From Dendrobates tinctorius (taxonomy: Eukaryota): a stretch of 64,000 nucleotides of DNA. Of the stretch, positions 11,101 through 27,657 are shown in pieces. Position numbers and translations under genes: made by a program. Numbering within the stretch: the first letter of the stretch is position 1; each line of letters starts with the position of its first letter. The notes under the pieces were generated by a model, which was not told where the DNA came from, ran no database searches, and was given only the letters and a program-made list of their open reading frames with translations. The DNA is taken from NCBI RefSeq assembly GCF_039654945.1, contig NW_027361682.1:27714001-27778000 (forward strand), in the 5' to 3' direction.

Positions 11101-14100
11101 GGAATACTACATTCTGCCGCAATTGTGAGGCTGAGTACTATGCTTGCATCCATCTGAAAAGGACACTGCTCCACCCACTTATCCTTTCCAGTTGAATACA
11201 CGCTTCAAACACGACCTCTAAAAAGTAAAAAAAAAAAAATGGCAATAGCCGTGATGAAATTGCAAGTAATGAGCAATTTCACCAATATCATTTCTGCTTT
11301 TTGTCCCCTCGATGACTTGATCGTAATCTCTGAATTTGTTGTTCCCTTCTGCAGTGCTCCTGGTACGTCCAGTCGCTTCTGTTTAATCTATGCCAAGCGG
11401 TCAACCGAATCGGAGGGCACGCCCTGCCCAAAGTGACCCTGCAGACGTTACTGAGGAGCTGCCTGGATGAAGTACTTGGAGCATATGAAAAGCTGTGCCA
11501 GGAAGGTTTGGGAAAGGTTTGGTCATATTATATATTTATCCTTTTTCCAATAATTCTAATACTGTTGTTTGAGCATGTGAAGATGCCGCGAATGACCCTG
11601 CCTAATAAACCATCTGATAGCATAGCTGAGCTATAACCTAGCTATGTGGAAGATGCCCCTAACAACCCTGCCTAATAAACCATCTGATAACCGGGTTGTA
11701 GCTCAGCTATGCAGAAGATGCATCTAATGAAATACAAAAAAAATGACCAGACCCTCACACAACATTCTCATTGCCCTGACGGCCACGTTGTAGCACAGCT
11801 CAGCTATTTTATGTTCAGCTCTTGCTATGCATTCAACGGAGAGCATGATGTAAAGATGCCCATGAACCACTAATGAAAAGTTGAATGTTGAAATAGTAAT
11901 GAATATTGGTCCCAGTCCCTACGTTCAGAACCATCAATGGTCCCCTCATCCATAGAAGCAAAAATTGCTTCTGTTGAGATCTATATCAGGAAGCACAAAG
12001 GAGAGCAAGACAAGGGGGCCTGCAGCACTGAAGAGAAGCAGTGTACTGCTCGTTTAAGGGGGTTTAAGTTGAACTGAGTTGAATACTTAGCCATCCCCCT
12101 CCATCGGTTGTGTCCCGTCAAGCAAGGTGATCTCTAATACCACACGCAGCCTGAGAACAAGTGTGGTGCTGCATTTGAAAGAATGTAGTCCTCTTCTGAA
12201 TATGCACAGTCCCCCCCCCCCCCCCCAGTTCTCTGGGGTGTGTAGGAATTAATGTCCAAGTTGAATCTTTACCTCCTGGACCCGTACATAATCTTATTTT
12301 TTGTCAGAAATCGGCAAATCCCGTCACACAGACCAGAGCTCTGCAGCTGCTTTTTGACCTCCGCTACCTGTGCCTGGTCCTCGGCTCCCGTGCAGAAGAT
12401 GGAAAGAGTGGTAAAATGAAGCCAGACTCCAGGTATGTTACTGGCAACAGGGAGTGTTGTCATAGGATTCCTGCATCTCCGGTTTGTCTAAGGATTATGG
12501 TTTTGTTGCAGAATTCAGCACGTTGCTGATCAGCTGGAGGGCCGCATTGATCCGTTTGATTTGGACGTCTTCACCCCGCACCTGAATGTGAACCTAAACC
12601 GGCTGGCTCAGAGGACGTCAGTACGTGGCTCGTGTGCTGTGTTATAATCCGGCATAATGTGGATCTGACTCTGGATCAAATGGACATGATAGAGATGATG
12701 ATAATCAATTTGCAGGACCCGGTCGAGTGGTCACCAGATGGGAGCCCTGAAAACTGTCTCCTACTTCACGTTATCCATGGCTCGGCTTGACGCGATTTCA
12801 AGTGAGTCACCACAATGATGACGTTGCGCCAAGCCGGCTAATCAGAAGTAGAGCCACGGATGCTGTCAGATAAGATTCTCATGGCTCCCGTCCACCGACC
12901 AGATCACTGATGTGCCCGCTGCATCGCTTATCATCGTCTCTAGTCATGGACCTGACTGTCGTTACATGACGGAGGCGCAGTCTTAGGAGTGACTCTCTTT
13001 CCTGTTACAGGTCCTATTTGGGTTACTCACAGGAGCTGAAAACCAGTTCATCAGCAGAAGTTCCACACTGGGGGTTCAGGAGACGCACAATGTTCTGCCA
13101 TTGGCTTCCAGCCAGATACGGTAATGGCCACATTAGATGTGTGGGAATGTCTGACCACAGAAGTCAACGGAAAATAAGTGCACCTGTTGTGGTTGTGCAC
13201 TCAGTGATGTACCGCAAGACACTGGAATAGTATTTTATCTCAATTTCTGCCAATTTTTGTCCACAAATTTAAAATCTCATCCACTTTTCTGCTCTGTGAT
13301 CCCCTGCTATTTATCTTCCTCCAAACCCGGATGGAAAATCTGCAGCAGATCACAGCCTCGGAACAATTTGATATTTGTACGTAGCAGCTCTCCAGACCAT
13401 TATCTGCTCTCTAGTCCCTGGGATCTGTTCTCCAGACCATTATCTGCTCTCTAGTCCCTGGGATCTGTTCTCCAGACCATTATCTGCTCTCTAGTCCATG
13501 GGATCTGCTCTCCAGACCATTATCTGCTCTCTAGTCCATGGGATTTGCTCTCCACAGACCATTCTGCTCTCTAGTCCCTGGGATCTGTTCTCCAGACCAT
13601 TATCTGCTCTCTAGTCCATGGGATCTGCTCTCCAGACCATTATCTGCTCTCCAGACCATTATCTGCTCTCCACAGACCATTATCTGCTCTCTAGTCCATG
13701 GGATCTGCTCTCCAGACCATTATCTGCTCTCCACAGACCATTATCTGCTCTCTAGTCCATGGGATCTGCTCTCCACAGACCATTCTGCTCTCTAGTCCCT
13801 GGGATCTGCTCTCTAGTCCCTGGGATCTGCTCTCTAGTCCCTGGGATCTGCTCTCTAGTCCCTGGGATCTGCTCTCTAGTCCCTGGGATCTGCTCTCTAG
13901 TCCCTGGGATCTGCTCTCCAGACCATTATCTGCTCTCTAGTCCATGGGATTTCCTGCCTCCCTTTGCTGTGATGTATTTCTGTATTTAGCAGATGTACCA
14001 ACTGCAAAGACAACCAGGTGCATCTCCGTTGTTTGTCACCGAGAAGTGTCTTATGGGCTTGTGTTTTTTTTTTGTTTTTTTTTTTAGGTTTGGGCTGCTT

Positions 14101-17100
14101 CCTCTCAGTATGACAAGCTCACGGAAGTCACTGAGCAGAACCGTGGAAGAGGTGAGAACGCAGGTGAGTGCTGCGCCAGTGCACGTGTGCGATATATGCT
14201 CTGCCCTATGGGGCACCCATCTTCTTCCCTTCTGCACCATCTTTTGGTCTAGAACTTACTATTTAGATGGGGACAGATGGCACCCAGTGCATTTAATCAT
14301 TAAGATAATTAGGGCCCTGGCTGCCCCCATCGATGGAATATTGATGGCCCATGCCAAGTACAGGCTATCAGTTATGAAAGGCGGTGGTCTCTAGCGGATG
14401 CCAAATCATGGCTCTCAAAATAATCTATCAGCCAGGGCATGCTGAGAGTTGTAGTCTTGCAGCAGCTGGAGAGCCCCACTTTCGAGAGGATTAGACTAAG
14501 GTGCCTGGCACGGCTAGTCTTCGCTTTCCTTGGGCATTGGTATTAATTCCTGAAACTTTTTCTTTCTACTCCTGTGAATTATCTTCTAGCTGTTAGCGAA
14601 CCACATCCTGCTCTAGATGTCTGCACCACGAGGGTAGGAGTCTGATGTGTAAGCGGCTGAAGGGTTTTGATGTGTCTTGCAGTGAATTGCATTTATAAAA
14701 GCGCATGTCAGAGAACCCATGAGGATAAATAACAAAGCTGGTTCTCTCTTCTGACTCATCTGTAATATCTCTACCCAAGTGCCTGCAGAGCAAGGGGGTC
14801 TGAATCTGTGCCAAAATATAGTCATGGGTCACAGCTGAAGATATTCTACTTGTAGAGTCACGGTGTACATACATTACTGATCCTGATTTACATCCTGTAT
14901 TATACCCCAGAGCGGCACTCACTATTCTGCTGGAGCAGTCACTGTGTACATTACTTATCCTGAGTTACATCCTGTATTATACCCCAGAGCGGCACTCACT
15001 ATTCTACTGGTGGAGTCACTGTGTACATACATTACATTACTTATCCTGTACTGATCCTGAGTTACATCATGTATTATACTCCAGAGCTGCACTCATTATT
15101 CTGTTGGTGGAGTCACTGTGTACATACATTACATTACTGATCCTGAGTTACATCCTGTATTATACTCCAGAGCTGCACTCACTATTCTGCTGGTGCAGTC
15201 ACTGTGTACATACATTACATATCATGTACTGATTCTGAGTTATATCCTGTATTACACTCCAGAGCTGCACTCACTATTCTGCTGGTACAGTCACTGTGTA
15301 CATATTACTTTTCCTATACTGATCCTGAGTTACATCATGTATTATACTCCACAGCTGGACTCACTATTCTGCTGGTGCAGTCACTGTGTACATACATTAC
15401 ATTACTTATCCTGTACTGATCCTGAGTTACATCCTGTATTATACCCCAGAGCGGCACTCACTATTCTGCTGGAGCAGTCACTGTGTACATACATTACTTA
15501 TCCTGTATTATACTCCAGAGCTGCACTCACTATTCTGCTGGTGCAGTCACTGTGCACATACATTACGTATCCTGTACTCATCCTGAGTTACATCCTGTAT
15601 TATACCCCAGAGCTGCACTCACTATTCTGCTGGTGCAGTCACTGTGCACATACATTACATATCCTGTACTGATCCTGAGTTACATCCTGTATTATACCCC
15701 AGAGCTGCAGTCACTGTGCACATACATTACGTATCCTGTACTGATCCTGAGTTACATCCTGTATTAGACTCCAGAGCAGCACTCACTATTCTGCTGGTAC
15801 AGTCACTGTGTACATACATTACTTATCCTATACTGATCCTGAGTTAGGCTAGTTTCACACTTGCTTTTTTTTGCAGCGCGTTTTTCCCGCAAAAAAACGC
15901 ATTGAAAAAACGCATACATAAGCATACAACTGCTGCGTTTTTTTCAAGCATTTTTATGAGCATGCATGAAAAAAACACAGCGTTTTTATGCGTTTGTATG
16001 CGTTTTTAGCGCGTTTTTACCGCGTTTGCGTTTTTTTCCAACATTTTTAGGTGGCCCCTCACACTACCCAAACCATGACTTTACTAACCCTAACCCTGAC
16101 CCTAACCCTTAACCAAATCATACTTAACCCTAACCCAAACCCTAAACCATAACTAACCCTAACCCTAACCCTGACCCTGACCCTAACCCTGACCCTAACC
16201 CTTAACAAAACCATACTTAACCCTAATCCTGACCCTAACCCTGACCCTAATCCTTAACAAAACCATACTTAACCCTGACCCTAACCCTAACCCTGACCCT
16301 AACCCTTAACAAAACCATACTTAACCCTAATCCTGACCCTAACCCTGACCCTAACCCTTAACCAAACCATACTAAACCCTAACCCTGACCCAAAACCCAA
16401 CCCTAACCCTGACCCTGACCCTAACCCTAACCCTAAACCCCCTTAACTAACCCTAACTCTAACTCAAACCCCTAAATTCCATGGTTAAAAAAAAAAACGC
16501 ATATGCAAAAAAACGCTTACATGAGCATGCCAGTGCGCACATATGCGCATCCATAGGCTATAATGGCCCTTTTTAGCGCAAAACGTGCGCATATGTGCGC
16601 ATGCGCTTTTTTGCAGGGCCAAAAAATGCAACATGATGCGTCTGGAAAATCCAATCGCACACCCCAAAAAAACGCAGCGCATGAAAATCGCATACATGCG
16701 CTTACAAGCGCGCAAGTATGCGCACCCATGTTAAAGATAGGGGAAAAAACGCATGCGCAGGTTAGCGTTTTTTTCCAGCGCTAAAAAACGCAAATGTGAA
16801 ACCAGCCTAACATCCTGTATTATACTCCAGAGCTGCACTCACTATTCTGCTGGTGCAGTCACTGTGTACATACATTACTGACCCTGGATTGTTTCAGGCT
16901 TATCTAGAAAATCTGTAAGGGATAAAACACAACCTTACCCCCTTTCCAATAATGCCATTCACGTTGGGTGGCAGTGTGGGGCGCGGGTTCTGTCTCTACA
17001 GATGTCGGCTGTATTACATGGCTGGCCTCATTCTGTCTGCTCAGATTACTGCTGTTTAACCATTTATTTAAATGCAGCTGTTAGTCACTTAAAGGGGTTG

Positions 17101-19327
17101 TCCGGGCTTTTCACATAATCTCAGTAGATATCTGGGCTGCAGAATTATGGCAATGAGTAATATACTTTCTGTCTCTAGTTTGCACGGTTTTCTACATATT
17201 CTGAACAGAACGTCCAAGGGGGGGGTGTTATGGCATTGAAATGAGAACTAGTCGTAACCTCCTACTCTAAACATGCCCTCTATAGCAACAACCCCACCAT
17301 CCATAGCTACAGGCCCTCCCTGTCCACATGAAGCAGCCCTCATCACACAGTAAGGAATTCTTCCTGTCCAGCAGCCTCAGTGCTGTGAGCTGCTCCTCCC
17401 CCCAGACACACGCTGAACAGTGATCTATGGAAAGTGAAACTAGTGAGGAGTGAAAATCGTCCTGTATTCTGGGCCACTCCATGATTACAATACATAACTC
17501 ATTATCAGTAATTCCTTCCCTCACTGTCCCAGGCTGCTGGCAGCAGTGAGAACAGACTGTGTGATGGGGGTCTGCAGCTTCTAATCTGCACAAGGGATGG
17601 CAGTCACTGATGTAATCTGTTCTGTGACAAAGCCTCTGCTGTGTGAGACAGCTCTGTGTCACTGATGTCTTCACACAGCAGCAGATTTGGTGCAGTGTAT
17701 GTGCAAAGCTCCACCAAACTCCCAGCAAGCTCCAGTGACCAGCACCACCCACTTCCCACTCATTGGCAGTAAACTGCACCAGCACTCATCTTTATCATCA
17801 TTCCAGCATTGGAAAGAACACAGCAGTGATCCTGTATTTGTGAAAGCAGCACAATACATACACCCTCCAACACTTCACACTGTTACAGCTGCTGATTGGA
17901 CAGGCTGCTCCCATCAGTATTTGTGTCATTAGAGACACAGTGCTCACACATACACTGCACCAAATCTGCTGTGTGAAGACATCGGAGACACAGAGCCGTC
18001 TCATTCACACAGTAGAGGCTTTGTCACACAGCAGATTACATCAGTGACTGCCATCCCCTGTGCAGATTAGAAGCTGCAGACCCCCATCACTGGCCATCAG
18101 TCTGTTCTCACTGCTGCCAGCAGCCTGGGACAGTGAGGGAAGGAATTACTGATGAGTTATGTATTGTAATCATGGAGTGGCCCAGAATACAGGACGATTT
18201 TCCCTCCTCACTAGTTTCACTTTCCATAGATCAGTGTGAGTCTGGGGGAGGAGCAGCTGGGTGGTCTGCCTTCTGCACTGAGGCTGCTAGAGGGGGAGGA
18301 TTTGTTACTGTGCGATGAGGGCTTCTTTTTGTGGACGGGGAGGGCCTGTAGCTATGGAGGGTGGGGTTGTTTCTATAGAGGGCATGTTTGGAGTAGAGTA
18401 GGAGGTTACGACTAATTCTCATTTCAATGCCATAACACCCCCCCCCCCCCTTGGACGTTCTGTTCAGAATATCTAGAAAACCGTGCAAACTAGTGACAGA
18501 AAGTAAATTACTTATTGTCATAATTCTGCAGCCCAGATATGTACTGAGATTATGTGAAAAGCCCAGACAACCCCTTTAAGTGAAGTGATTGCTGGTGGGC
18601 AATCCAGCTCCCATCTCACCCCTCCTACGATGAGATTGGGGTCACAGTCCCCCATGGCCATTGTTAGTTCTTCTATAGGAGGATGTCATTTTGACATGGA
18701 TATAGCTAGAAGCAGCGCTCGTCTTGTAAAGGGACTTAAAGGGAAATTTTAACATTTTGAAAACGGAAGCATACAAGGAGATTTGGGGTCCAATCAAAAT
18801 ATAAAAATTAACCCAAGTGTTAATACTGTAAAGTGAAGATACTGGACTTGCATTTTTTGATCACCACAATCAAGTGATTAAAATGGCCCTGCACTATAAT
18901 CGTCCGGATATAAACTACAGCTCCGCATGTAAACAAAAAAATAATTCCTCTTGCAAGTCTATAAATACAAAAATTGGCCACTTTTTAACAAGTTTCTTGG
19001 GACCCCTAGAGACCCCCACTAGTTTCAGCTCCTCTTACCGTTGCATGAGACATTGCAGTGTGTGATTGTACGTCGGAGCTCATGTTTCCAGAGGTCCCGA
19101 AAAGTCTCACTCTGGCTTTGCTTGCACCAGTTCCGATAAATCTCCCTGATGACAAGTTGTACTATTTTTTTTTTTTCTGATCTGTGCAGGTGACCGCAAC
19201 TGTGCCGAAAGTTGAAGACGACACATTCAGGCCGGGGTCTTTATTCAGACAACTGGCAACAGCGGACGACGAAACGCAGACACCGTCCCTCTTCAAACTG
19301 GGGTGGCTGTCCAGCATGACCAAGTGA
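4875..19327 (+). CDS. COG1: Conserved oligomeric Golgi complex subunit 1, 14 coding exons, 968 aa
   Basis: join(4875-5177,6383-6615,6814-6995,7550-7720,7919-8075,8375-8585,9227-10009,10655-10801,11355-11516,12308-12432,12512-12620,13011-13120,14088-14163,19190-19327) = 2907 nt. All introns GT-AG with consistent phase. N-term DPSALFEAHSAEEIRGLERKVRAEIEQKKEELRQMVGERYRDLIEAADTI and C-term SLFKLGWLSSMTK match vertebrate COG1. Confidence 0.97.
5178..5550. repeat. ~38-bp minisatellite at the start of COG1 intron 1
   Basis: About 10 copies of GAGAACACGGCCGGCTCTGCTGCGTCTGTACAGGGGG(G). Confidence 0.95.
5730..6032. mobile_element. PIF/Harbinger-like MITE
   Basis: TIR GGCTGTGTGCAC / GTGCACATAGCC, flanked by TAA/TTA. 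Confidence 0.75.
6383..6615 (+). CDS. COG1: COG1 coding exon 2
   Basis: SQERFYCTAAQIKLLLEIPEKIWS...QVAAAGTFR; AG/GT boundaries. Confidence 0.92.
6814..6995 (+). CDS. COG1: COG1 coding exon 3
   Basis: TTILQESK...IMLLEDSSPRQALAEFLLARK...NQPHH. Confidence 0.93.
7550..7720 (+). CDS. COG1: COG1 coding exon 4
   Basis: GSSIKSQVCSLVELLANTLYQAHALFY... Confidence 0.93.
7919..8075 (+). CDS. COG1: COG1 coding exon 5
   Basis: KGIKVLREEM...FQPTLRTLARPINQDYLRETLQQWINL. Confidence 0.93.
8375..8585 (+). CDS. COG1: COG1 coding exon 6
   Basis: CNEDIKSGISALLVYVKTLKGLAGIRDAVWELL...LFLDRLQ. Confidence 0.93.
9227..10009 (+). CDS. COG1: COG1 coding exon 7
   Basis: 783-nt exon TLIKEG...FLWSESQSDLP...LCPHLKQCILGK...WSTTVVK. 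Confidence 0.95.
10097..10529. mobile_element. Palindromic PIF/Harbinger-like MITE
   Basis: GGCTGGCTTCACA...TGTGAAACTAGCC with TTA TSD; long internal inverted arms. Confidence 0.8.
10655..10801 (+). CDS. COG1: COG1 coding exon 8
   Basis: ...TQWDEIEIQEETEAGSSVTSKIRLPGQ. Confidence 0.93.
11355..11516 (+). CDS. COG1: COG1 coding exon 9
   Basis: CSWYVQSLLFNLCQAVNRIGGHALPKVTLQ... Confidence 0.92.
12308..12432 (+). CDS. COG1: COG1 coding exon 10
   Basis: VTQTRALQLLFDLRYLCLVL. Confidence 0.92.
12512..12620 (+). CDS. COG1: COG1 coding exon 11
   Basis: LEGRIDPFDLDVFTPHLNVNLNRLAQRTS. Confidence 0.93.
13011..13120 (+). CDS. COG1: COG1 coding exon 12
   Basis: VLFGLLTGAENQ...HNVLPLASSQIR. Confidence 0.93.
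13386..13950. repeat. 20/40-bp minisatellite in COG1 intron 12
   Basis: Alternating CTCTCCAGACCATTATCTG and CTCTCTAGTCC(C/A)TGGGATCTG subunits. Confidence 0.95.
14088..14163 (+). CDS. COG1: COG1 coding exon 13
   Basis: FGLLPLSMTSSRKS...; strong polypyrimidine acceptor and GTGAGT donor. Confidence 0.92.
15847..16807. mobile_element. PIF/Harbinger-like MITE carrying telomere-like repeats
   Basis: TIR GGCTAGTTTCACA / TGTGAAACCAGCC with TTA/TAA flanks; the satellite resumes in phase after it. Confidence 0.8.
16084..16475. repeat. Interstitial degenerate (CCCTAA/CCCTGA)n telomere-like array
   Basis: Many CCCTAA and CCCTGA hexamers with a higher-order spacer AACCATACTTAA. Confidence 0.9.
17093..18575. 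mobile_element. Large foldback Kolobok/T2-type MITE
   Basis: TTAA|AGGGGTTGTC...GACAACCCCT|TTAA; inverted arms of about 600 bp. Confidence 0.85.
19190..19327 (+). CDS. COG1: COG1 coding exon 14 (stop)
   Basis: FRPGSLFRQL...SLFKLGWLSSMTK* (TGA 19325-19327). Confidence 0.95.
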   Translation: MTATVPKVEDDTFRPGSLFRQLATADDETQTPSLFKLGWLSSMTK

Positions 19328-22119
19328 CCCCACCACCCTCGCTAAAGAACTGACACATTGGAACAAAGTGGCATTTTGAGCAAATTAAATAACTTTTATT
19401 GTGCAATGATCCCAGTTTGTATTGCCTGTGTTTCCACCTCATAATTTAGGATTATGTTGTAGCAAGATACAAAACTTCCTTGCATTCTTCGGCAGCAAAA
19501 AAAAACCACACCGCCAACCACGTCTCTGAAATAAACTGCAGGTCATTTGCCCGGAGGGCAGGTCCGGATTTCGGGTAGTGAGTGACATTTTATACTTACA
19601 TGTAGGTTCCTCAACTGCCTATTTAATGGGGAAACCCGTCCTAAAAGCAAGTGACTTATCAGGCAAATATCCTGGCCCATTTCCCATCTTGAACACCTCA
19701 GGTTTGGCTGCTGAATAGTTTACAGGAGCAGTCTGTCTTCCAAAAAAAACAGCTCCCCTATATACAGGTTGTATATAGTATTGTAACTCTTAATCAGTCA
19801 TTGGAGCGGAGCTGCAATACCACACACAACCTGGAGCCAGGAGTGGCGCTGTTTAACCCCGTTAATACCTGTCTTAGACTGGGGTCACACTTGCGAGAAA
19901 TTTGCACGAGTCTCGCGTCTCAATACCCGGCACTTGGACCAGATCGCTCAGCTGCATAGAAATACATGCAGCCGCACACTCCAGTCCCAAGTACCGGGTA
20001 TTAAGACTCATGCAAGTTTCTCGCTACTGCTACTTTGTACCGCACAATAGAAGTGAATGGGGTCGCATTGAGACCCCTGAGGGTACTGAAACCAAAAAAA
20101 AAAAAAACGTTCTGGTACCTTGCTTGCTGGGGGTTGCACTGTGACCCCATGCCCTGGTATTGAGCTGTGATGTAGGGGCAACACATAGCCAAATTTGGTC
20201 ACAGCAAAAGTCGCCATGTAGCCCCTTGCCTGACTAATGCAAATTCTGCCCAACTTTTGGGCTGGTACAATGCACTTTTTTTTTTGGCTCCTCATGCAGA
20301 TGCATCTAGACGTCATCCTTATTAATCAGAGTGCAGGAGTCTAGCTGCCATATCAAGCCACCCCAGCCCTCTGGATGTGACCCTAGGCAGCCTCAGGCTA
20401 GGGTGAGACTGCATAGTTTGCAGTCCACATACATAACCAAAATGTCCAGACATGAATGTGTCTGAGGCTCCATGTTGGGGCTAGGACCCCCCGCGGACAG
20501 TCTGGACACCGCAGTTTGCACATAGGCTGGATTTAAACAGGTGTATTTCTTGGTCTAAGGGGATATTCAGGCAGCAGATTTGCTGCAGAAAGCTCCACAT
20601 CTGTCCCATATAGCGGCAGGTTAGTAGAAATCTACGTACGTTCCAACGAGTTGTCGCCATTCAGTTCTGCCATGTGCAAATATATAGGAATTTTTTTTTT
20701 TACATTTTGTTCCTTGTGAACCAAAGTGGTATTGAGAATAAAGGGAGGCGATCAATGGCTTTGTACCAACGTAGCACCAAAGAGGAGTGCAAGTGACCAC
20801 CATGGGACGTATTACAAAGGGGCCATACAACACGTCTCAGATGGGGCCGGACGGTTACTGAACCATGCATGATACTTGCCGGGCGTTGTACAGTTGCCCG
20901 CCCAGTCTGCAACAATGTCACTTTGTGCCCAGTGTCAGATCGGGCACAATACAACCCTTTCAATAAAAGGTAATCAAGTAAATAGGCTGTTGAATCCAAC
21001 AACCCAGTTTTTCGCCAGGCGGCTATGGCACTACGAGGTGTCTTTCTGATAAGAGCACCATTTGTGCTCTTGATCAGACACTATATGTCCGCACTGCTTC
21101 ATGAATGAGGCATTAACGGGGTGATCCAACATCTCTCACGTTCGTATCAAGTTGCGAGAACAGCTGGTGGCATTGATGGTGACTTGCAAGGCACTGTGCA
21201 CCCGTTATATAGAACGCTCACGTGCACAGTATCTGACAAGCAACCATTGCCGCCACAGCAGTAGCTGCATAAAATGGTCAATGCATCTAGAAAGTTGCTG
21301 CAGGCAACTGTCAGTGTTGTGTTCCATGATGGCTGTGGACGTGGTGGGCTAATGCCACAAATGATCAGGCTCTACGCTCCTTTAGGTAAACAGCCTGAAT
21401 ATTATATTTATGATCAGGTCTTAAGCAGAAAACCATAAAAAACAAAAGGACCTGGGGGTAAAGGTGAAATTATTGTAGGTAGAAGAGAACAGAGATGCAA
21501 CTGAAGCCTTTGTAACATCAGGCTTCAATGCCAGGAGAACCACCGTCTGCTCGTCAGCATCCCCCCCGACCACAACACTTATTTACAGCCAAAAAGCTGT
21601 GGCACAGCCAGTGCTGGGATTTGCCAACATCGCATCCCGACCGTGACTGCCATAGGTCAGAATGAAAAATAAGCTCACTGGTGTGCCACGCAAGGAGGTA
21701 AGAGAAGCAATGGCGATGGAAGCTCCGGTCCAAGACAAAAGGCGCCTTTTGTTCCATTGCTCCTGCAATCTGAAAAATGGAGGTGGAACCAAGAGAGTGT
21801 ATTTACAACCCCCCTAAAAGGTGCTAATGAACAAAAGGGGGTGAAGAAAAAAAATACAAATTAAATATACACAACTAAATGCACATGGCAAGATGGCATC
21901 TCAGTTTCCTTGTCCAAAGGGTCTCGTACAACAAGAAAAAAAAAAAAAAATGGCACCTCCGTGCTGCCGGAAAGGGGCCGAACTGAGCAAGTAATCTGTT
22001 AACTTGGGTAACAAGTTTGAAACAACTGAATAAAGCTGCCGGGCAACTGGTTGTACAACCTGAGGGCTGTAATATTGGCATGAGATACAGTTTGATGGGT
22101 AGGATCCATGGCTGGCAGG

Positions 22120-26831
<4,712 letters not shown>

Positions 26832-27657
26832 CTGGGACTTTGGCGTCCGGCTGTACCGGGATCCTCTCCTGATGATGAAGGGTGGGATCTGGGTCCCACA
26901 GTAATTAAGCGGGGGCTGCGGTCCACTGCGATTTCTCCGCTGCTTAGTGCAGGCTAGGAAAGAAGAAATGAGATATAAAAAAGAGATATATCTTTATATC
27001 AAATATACAATGCAACAAGAGAAACAGCCACTGCCAAAATAAGGGGAAACCCACCTAAATTGCAGAGCTCCGGGGGCAGACAGAGGTCTAATGGACTAAC
27101 CCTAAAAACACCCGTTACCTACTCCAATGAGTAACAAAGAGCCACCTCCTGCTGCTGGCAGCATTTCTGCCCCAGCTACTTTCATGCAGACTGAATTCCC
27201 ACCCCCCAAAAGAGAGAAAACAAAGCTAAAAAAAAACCACACACTGGCTCAAATTCATTTAACTCCTTCCCTCTCCAATCAGAGTGATCGCAGGCGGTGC
27301 AAGCCACTAAAGGTCCTTGTTACTCCTGTGAAGTGCGGCCACATGCCTTGCATCAACGGAGACCGTGATTTTCACTATATAGTCCAATACTTGGGCGATT
27401 GCAGGTTCCGAAACCCCTCAGGGGACTCAAGAACAGCAAATAAAAAAAGTGTATTACATAATTATATATCTGATAGATCAGACTATCACAGAAGCAGCAA
27501 TACTGAATAGAACTTGGGGGGGGCATTAGGTATCGCCACCTCCACAAGAGTCTGATCAAAAACAGTTATAGCAAAAAAAATTACATTTTTTTTTTAGATA
27601 AAATGATAAAAACAATAATAAAAATACAAATACCACTTGTAATAAAGATTATATATA

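Larger units (their letters stand above)
14856..16882. repeat. ~97-bp satellite array (COG1 intron 13), interrupted by a MITE
   Basis: Unit ACTCCAGAGCTGCACTCACTATTCTGCTGGTGCAGTCACTGTGTACATACATTAC...GAGTTACATCCTGTATTAT; the same family occurs at 51750-52454 and 61707-62530. Confidence 0.92.

Noticed and set aside
14856-15846. Hammerhead ribozyme in the 97-bp satellite (like newt satellite 2)
   Set aside because: CTGATCCTGA does not fit CTGAnGA and no matching GAAA core with stems was seen.
16084-16475. True telomere or chromosome-fusion scar
   Set aside because: Short, degenerate, single orientation and enclosed by MITE TIRs in an intron.
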